Source of the DNA: Octopus sinensis
Taxonomy: Eukaryota
NCBI RefSeq assembly: GCF_006345805.1
Contig: NW_021833664.1
Span: 1-54,871 of the forward strand
Direction of reading: 5' to 3'
Length of the DNA: 54,871 bases
Program-made: the position numbers and the translations under genes
Notes under the pieces: generated by a model
Database searches by the model: none
Seen by the model: the letters and a program-made list of their open reading frames with translations, nothing else
Told to the model about the DNA's origin: nothing
In this document: in pieces, positions 48,914-54,871 of the stretch
How the letters are laid out: each line of letters starts with the position of its first letter
How positions within the stretch are numbered: position 1 is the stretch's first letter

Positions 48914-50224
48914 TGTCACGAGCTGAATAAGCTACCGAGCCGGACGCGTTACACCTGTGGACTTGGAAAAAAATTGACCATAAAATTCTCAGGTGATTTT
49001 GTCAATAAAAAATGTATAAATTGACAAATAGAGACAAGACAAGTTTTATTTCCCAACAAACCCATAAATTAAAGTTAGGGAGAAAGCCAAGAGCAGAACA
49101 AGAAACTAATTAACGTGGGTTTGATTTCATTGTATAGGGTCATTTTATGAGACACCACATGTCTCTTCTTCGCATATACCCAAAAGAATTACATCATAAT
49201 TTCCATAAGTGACGTAACAAATCTTCTATCTTTTTGACTTTAACGTCATAAGCATCTTCGATTTTTGAATTTAAGTTCAATCCAAATGCCAATTTAATAG
49301 CAAATCTTCTGGTCTTTTCCAACTTTTTCACAAAAATGCTACTTTCTTCGGACCTATACCATCCTTGATAGCCATATATCAAGAATGGCTCAATACATGT
49401 AGAATACACAAAAAGGAAAATTTCAGGCTCCAAATGAAATCGAGTTAAGGATTTCAACATTCCTGTAGCTTTCTCTCTTCGTGTTTTGATATGATCTTTA
49501 AAAGATCCTCTTCGGTCTATCGATACTCCGAGATACTCCAATTTTCCAGAATCTGATAAAAATAAATTTTAAAATTTTCTACCTCCTTAGATCTATCAAA
49601 TCTATCTGATATCTTTTATTTGGAAGATTTGCAACAATATGATTTTGCTCATCGCCAACTTTTAATGGTGTGGAAAAACGACACACTGCACAATCTGACA
49701 CTACTTTCCGAATAATTTCCCTTTTTATTCCGAAGTAACTTCGCATGCAATGGTATTCCAAGCTATTGTGTCCACAATGCGATATGTTGTGGATCTGCTT
49801 CGCGACCAAATACATCTCTTGAGTGTTGTCTGTGGAAATAACCAGCTTATGATCTCCATACGGTTGTCTCAGATAAAGTCGTCCATTAATAAGAATAAAT
49901 TTTTCCGCCTTCTTTCTCAATCGGTAATTACGCTGTCTAGATTTATGAGAACATGTTTCAGAATCCAAAATTCGACACAAAAAGTCGTATTCTTCGGAAT
50001 TTTTGATGAATGAACGAGACATTAACAAGATAAATACACGCTTATTTTCTTTATTCATTCTTGGATTATAGGCTAGCCAAATAAATAATATAATTTATTT
50101 GATTTATTAAAATTAGTTATAGTATTTGACAAGAAATTAACAAATTAAAGATTAAAAAAAAATTTTAACAGAAAAAAACACAGGTGTAAAGCGTCCGGCT
50201 CGGTAACGCGCCGGGCTCGTGACA
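48914..50224 (-). mobile_element. Deleted (1311-bp) derivative of the Ginger element in copy 2
   Basis: Same TIRs and TACTA TSD (48909-48913, 50225-50229). The junction at 49550 joins the equivalents of 16743 and 18722 through a GA microhomology. Confidence 0.92.
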
Positions 50225-50485
50225 TACTATTTTCTTAATCTTCAAAGAATTTTGATTTTCAATAAATGTTTCATTTTCCGTGTATTGAATGCTTAAAAAA
50301 TTTTCAACTTTGAAAAGATCGAGAATGCCTGTTTTTCTGATTGTTGTATTATTAATATTGATTTCAAGTTGTCAATCAATAGTACAATTCTTTTTTTTCT
50401 TTTTGAGCTGAATATTAAAAATTGATCAACTAATCCATAAATATAGATTAGCCATTCAAGCTCATTGTGAATTATAATACTAAAT

Positions 50486-50884
50486 TCCCGTTTGAGTTCG
50501 GCAAGTCTCTGTTATGGGATGCGACGTGTTCAGACACTTTCTCGGAGCTCAACTTCCTTCTTCAGCTGTCGAGCCTGGCTCAGTCTCTCGCAAAACCGAG
50601 AAGATGAAGATTGGAAAGTACAAGGAGCTCTCTGAACGGTATCTGTTCACTCCCATCGCCGTCGAGACTTCCGGCGTCATCGGCGAAAAGTCTCTTTCCT
50701 TTCTAAAAAAGCTTGGCCGCATGATCTCCCATAAACGGGGAGACCCACGCGAGTCCAAGTGGCTTTTCGGAAGGATTTCCTTGGCCATAGTACGTGGAAA
50801 CTGTGTTTCCATTTACGATGCCGGGAATTTAGTTAGTTAATAACTATTTGTTAATTACATATAAAAAAAAAAAAAATACTAAAT
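50486..50884 (+). mobile_element. Copy-2-specific 5'-truncated CRE insertion with poly(A) and 10-bp TSD AATACTAAAT
   Basis: Encodes LLWDATCSDT...KYKEL...PIAVETSG...RISLAIVRGN. A14 lies at 50863-50876, with repeats at 50476-50485 and 50875-50884. The empty site is near 19650 in copy 1. Confidence 0.95.
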
Positions 50885-51796
50885 GAAGCATTTATAGTCA
50901 TAATGTCAAAAACATCACGGCATTTTTGATCTGAAATCACAACTGATTTCAACTTATGGATTCCGCTTATATTTGAGGACAAAATCCGAACTCTTTTGAG
51001 TTCGTCCCCACCTTGTCTTTGAAACCTCAGGAATTGTCGGCAAGACCGCGATTCAACTTTTCACTGACATTGGTAGAAGAACTGACTCTTTTAGCGAATC
51101 TCGGTTTCCCTAGTTTGCGGAAACTCCTACTCAATACGCATTGCGGTGTCGTTGAGCTGACCCTTAGGCTCTCGACTATTCTTTTAACTCTAGCTAGCAT
51201 CTAATCTTTTCTATTTATCATTATTTAATTTAAAAAAATTCGTAAATGAAATAATACTTTAGTTGCGTATTTTCATGTCATATTTTTTTCTAAGTCAAGA
51301 AAAGAACTATTGACTCAGTGTTGATAAAAAATTTGAACGACTAGTCATTAGAAATGAGGAAAAGATTAGATTTTACATTGGATTAAAACTTGAAAAAAAT
51401 TATTTTATAGATTGATTTTTTAAGTAAAAAATATAGTAAATATAAGACGATGTTTCAAATTGTTTTATCCATTTAAATCGTACATTTAAACAACATTTTT
51501 CTAATTGATGTCTACTGGACTCACTCAGTCAGTCACTTTTCAGTCTCAGTCACTTTTCAGTCTACTGCTTCAAAGAAAGACAAATATCAACAAATTGTTT
51601 CTATTTCAGGTTGGCTCTGTAGCTACTGCATTACAATACAAAAAGCTTTAAAATGAGCTATGGTCTTTTTTTGTGACATTTTGTTTTGAAGACAATTTTC
51701 AAGAACCGCGTCAACAGATAATCATTAAATGAAAAATATGAATAAAAATTATTTAAATTAAAGGTAGTTTTTAAAGAATTGAAATCATAACAGTTT

Positions 51797-52156
51797 TCAG
51801 AGCTGCCAGGGTCTCCATATTTTTTTTGTTTCTCGTTTTACACATGTTTGCAAGTTTTCCACAGTTCTATGCATAGCAGGCTAATGATTACGTAATGTTG
51901 TTGGGATATTTATGCAAATCTCGAATAAACCTCATGTATGTTACAGCGTGCTCTAACAGAACTGCTTTTTCGATTTTCCCACGATATTTTTGCTAAAATA
52001 AAATATTCATTTATACACGATAAGGACAAAGGTCTGACAATATTCTTCCAGTTCAACGATGCTGCGATTAACCCGTGCCCTTCTTTTTCTCTCTACCAAA
52101 TATTTTTCGACTTTGACTTTGTCGGATTCCATCGAAGAATTGAAATTATTTCCCAT
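51797..52156 (-). CDS. HES: Miniature HES/hairy-E(spl)-type bHLH repressor, 102 aa; exons 52156-52019, 51992-51892, 51866-51797
   Basis: Basic region and helix 1 ERKRRARVNRSIVEL, helix 2 KIEKAVLLEHAV, C-terminal WRPWQL*. Introns of 26 and 25 nt restore a single frame. Confidence 0.88.
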
Positions 52157-52629
52157 AAATATTCGGCAAAAAACGTCAAAATAAAACAAAACACTTTATT
52201 GGTTATTAATTGCTCATTGGCACGTTCATTTCATGGGAAAACAGTAATCAGTTAATTATCGGCAATTTATTGACTAATTAATAGAACAGTTCCCGTATTT
52301 CCCATAAATAATTATAAATTTACGTTAACAAGCATTAAATTTTTAGTAAGAGTGCTTTTGTTAAAATACTTTTTGTTATAAATTTTCTCCGATGGAAGTT
52401 GGGTAAAAATATTCATTTATAAATTGGACTTCAAAAAATACGCTAAAATTTTAGTTTAAAAACGACAATTTCATGTTATAGTAAATTATTCTTGGTTTAT
52501 AATAAGTAAAAAATGTACAAACGTCAATCACTGTGCCGCTAGATGTTAAAAGATGTTACATGTAGATCATATTAAGAGACACGATAAAGTAGTTAGATGA
52601 ATTCACTTTCTTTTGCGTCAAGAATTTGG

Positions 52630-52880
52630 ACTCAAGTTGGGATAAAATCTTCCCAAAATTTACAGCAAATGGAGATTGAAAAATGAGAAAATATCACATT
52701 TTATCTAAAGAGCCAGAATTGATTTATCATGCAAGAGTAAAGTACGTATTGTATTAACATGAAATGGACTTGTAACTCAAAAATTCCGACAATATGCACG
52801 ATCGCTTGACATCGATAAGAAAACATAATTTTTCTTATTAAAACAGAGTTAAATCGTGAGAAAGAACTTTTGAATCGGAC
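52630..52880 (+). mobile_element. Degenerate R4/Dong-like RLE remnant
   Basis: QVGIKSSQNLQQMEIEK..KYHILSKEPELIYHARVK parallels the 14.3-14.9 kb remnant. Confidence 0.55.
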
Positions 52881-53384
52881 AAAAGTATACAAAGTAAACA
52901 AATGCAAACTCTATATATATCAAATAAAGTCTTGATGTGGTTCTAAGGCACATTTGAGTTTGAATATCCCCTTCACTAACAAGATAGAAGAAAATTTTCA
53001 CGAACCATTTCACAAAATTTGATGACAAAGAAATAGATGTTGAAAAAAATTGTAATAGTACAATCGAGTAAATTCTTTGAATATGAGAATTGTATCTTAT
53101 TCTTTATTAATTCCCGTTGTTCCAAAAAATTACAATCATGATTTTGATTTGTCTGTATTTTATAATTACAAAATATTATTTTTGAACAGAGTGCATATTT
53201 ATGCAATGCAATGTCTCGCTACAATATCTGGAAAATATTTCTTAATAAGAGTACAAATTCGGAATGAAATGACCAATCAGTGAATTTAAAGTCTGTCCTT
53301 CAGGCTCCAAACAAAATAAAAACTTGTCAGCAATATTTTCTTTAGGAATTCAACTGAATCGCTCTTGAACATTCACTTCGACGA

Positions 53385-53500
53385 ACATGGTTGGCTCCAC
53401 GCATTTGGTACGCTTATGGACGACAATTGTGTGAAAATCGGTGTTGCACAACGTTTGGGTTTGACGTTTGTAAGGAACACAGATGCCGGTGCATTACAAG
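53385..53500 (+). mobile_element. CRE internal remnant
   Basis: GWLHAFGTLMDDNCVKIGVAQRLGL..CKEHRCRC matches the CRE at 32.5 kb. Confidence 0.75.
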
Positions 53501-53824
53501 CATTCCACAACTAACTATGCACCGTTCAAATTGATGTTTGGTGCATCTGTTGAAGAAACTATAAACGATCATTATACGAATTAGAAATAAATGAGCTTTT
53601 TAAAGAAATAGATATTTGGAACGAAGAAGAGCTAACAGATATCGACAATTATCTTGAGTGGTTTTGGGGATCATATGATACAGCGATACAAATAAAAAAC
53701 GGAACACTCATTTTCTCGATTTGTTTCTATTGAATGATTGATTTATTTTAACAAAAATAGAATTTTTAGAAGACAAACATAACTTTAGCCTTTAAAAAAA
53801 TAAAAACAACTTATATTTCGGACC

Positions 53825-54517
53825 GTAATTAAATCCAGTTTTGTCCAAACAAAATAAAAAAGAGAACAAAATAAAATTCTCTATTTTTACAGTTTTTTAA
53901 ACCATTTTTTATTTTATTACACGTGTTGATTCTTGTTACATGGTTTTACAACTTACATTACAACAAAAAGCAGAAATTATTACGTATTATAAAGTCGGAA
54001 AGTCATATAGGAAATAAGAAATTTTACCGGAAGATCTCTGAGTGCCATCTCGAGAGTCATTCGAAACTTCACCATGAATGATTCCTTCCAGAGAAAAAAA
54101 GGCTCAGGACGAAGATTTAAACTTAACTCTGATGATCTCGGAATAATTCAACGTGAACAAAAAACTGACGTTGATTTCAATTCCGTAAAATGTTCGGATC
54201 CAAAGCACACATGCAAAGTGGCTAAAGATTTTTTTAATGAACACCGAATTGAGTTATTACAATGGCCTCCTCAAAGTCCCGATTTGAATCCAATCGAGCA
54301 CATGTGGGCCTTCATGAAACATAAAATAAAAGAGTGATTTATTTGAGGAATTAAAAAATATTTGGAATGATCTTTCAATAGAATATGCGACATCCCTTGT
54401 TGGAACAATGCGGAACAGAATTTTAGACGCAATTAATGCTCAGGGGGGTCATACTAAATTTTGAACTACCATTGTTCTCTTTTTTATTTTGTTTGAAAAA
54501 AATTTGGTTTAAATACA
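53825..54517 (+). mobile_element. Internally deleted Tc1/mariner element
   Basis: KGSGRR...DPKHT...WPPQSPDLNPIEHMW...GGHTKF. There is an exact 24-bp inverted match CAAACAAAATAAAAAAGAGAACAA at 53846-53869 and 54472-54495; the exact termini are uncertain. Confidence 0.85.
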
Positions 54518-54744
54518 TATTAAAATCTTTGACGTTTGGATTTTTATAAAAGGCAAAAGTTAAGATTATTTGAAATTCGATTTTTTATTAAAAGAAATTA
54601 AGCATTATATAGAAAGAAATTGAGAAATTGGCTGTTCCGTTTTTTATTTGTATCGCTGTATAACAAAAGAAAATGGCATTGCATACCAAACAAAAAATGT
54701 CGCCGAACAAAAAATGTTAAAAAAGCGAATGTTCTTTAATGTAA

Positions 54745-54871
54745 AAGTATGATGTGGACATTGTTTTGGTGAAAGAAACGAAGCTCTCATTTAAAAACTG
54801 TTTGCCCGTTTTCCCCGGTTACTCATACATCCGGAAAGACAGACCAGACTCTGTAAATGGCGGCGATCTTT
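54745..54871 (+). mobile_element. LINE APE endonuclease fragment running off the window
   Basis: DVDIVLVKETKLS...FPGYSYIRKDR...NGG, homologous to the APE at 20.6-20.9 kb. Confidence 0.75.

Larger units (their letters stand above)
32454..51817. repeat. Segmental duplication, copy 2
   Basis: Near-identical to 1-20588. Copy-specific events: about 350 bp extra near 47571-47930, a 12-bp and a 1978-bp deletion inside the Ginger element, and a 399-bp CRE insertion at 50486-50884. The offsets reconcile arithmetically. Confidence 0.97.

Overview
This is AT-rich eukaryotic DNA in the standard code with miniature spliceosomal introns: 37 delimited by hand, 36 of them 23-31 nt. HES and Vav genes indicate an animal. 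The intron size resembles what is reported for dicyemid mesozoans, but that assignment is inference only. Host genes are TBC1D19, a short SKI3/TTC37-like TPR gene, PP2A B55, ESF1, RTCA, a Vav-like GEF and a miniature HES. Positions 1-20588 recur at 32454-51817 at high identity. The shared block ends exactly at the W codon of the HES WRPW motif; in copy 1 it is joined there to a truncated LINE endonuclease that carries a 2A ribosome-skip motif, consistent with a tandem duplication junction. The space between genes is filled with TE debris: CRE-type and R4-type RLE retroelements, RTE and other APE LINEs, hAT, Tigger/pogo, Tc1 and three Ginger-type integrases. The most unusual object is a 3.3-kb element (16095-19395) with TG..CA termini, 46-bp TIRs and a 5-bp TSD. 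Its intron-containing Ginger-type integrase reads in frame into an endonuclease-less LINE reverse transcriptase. Also notable are a Vav that keeps both SH3 domains but has no SH2, and a 102-aa HES with no Orange domain. All family assignments come from motif recognition from memory; no database search was run.
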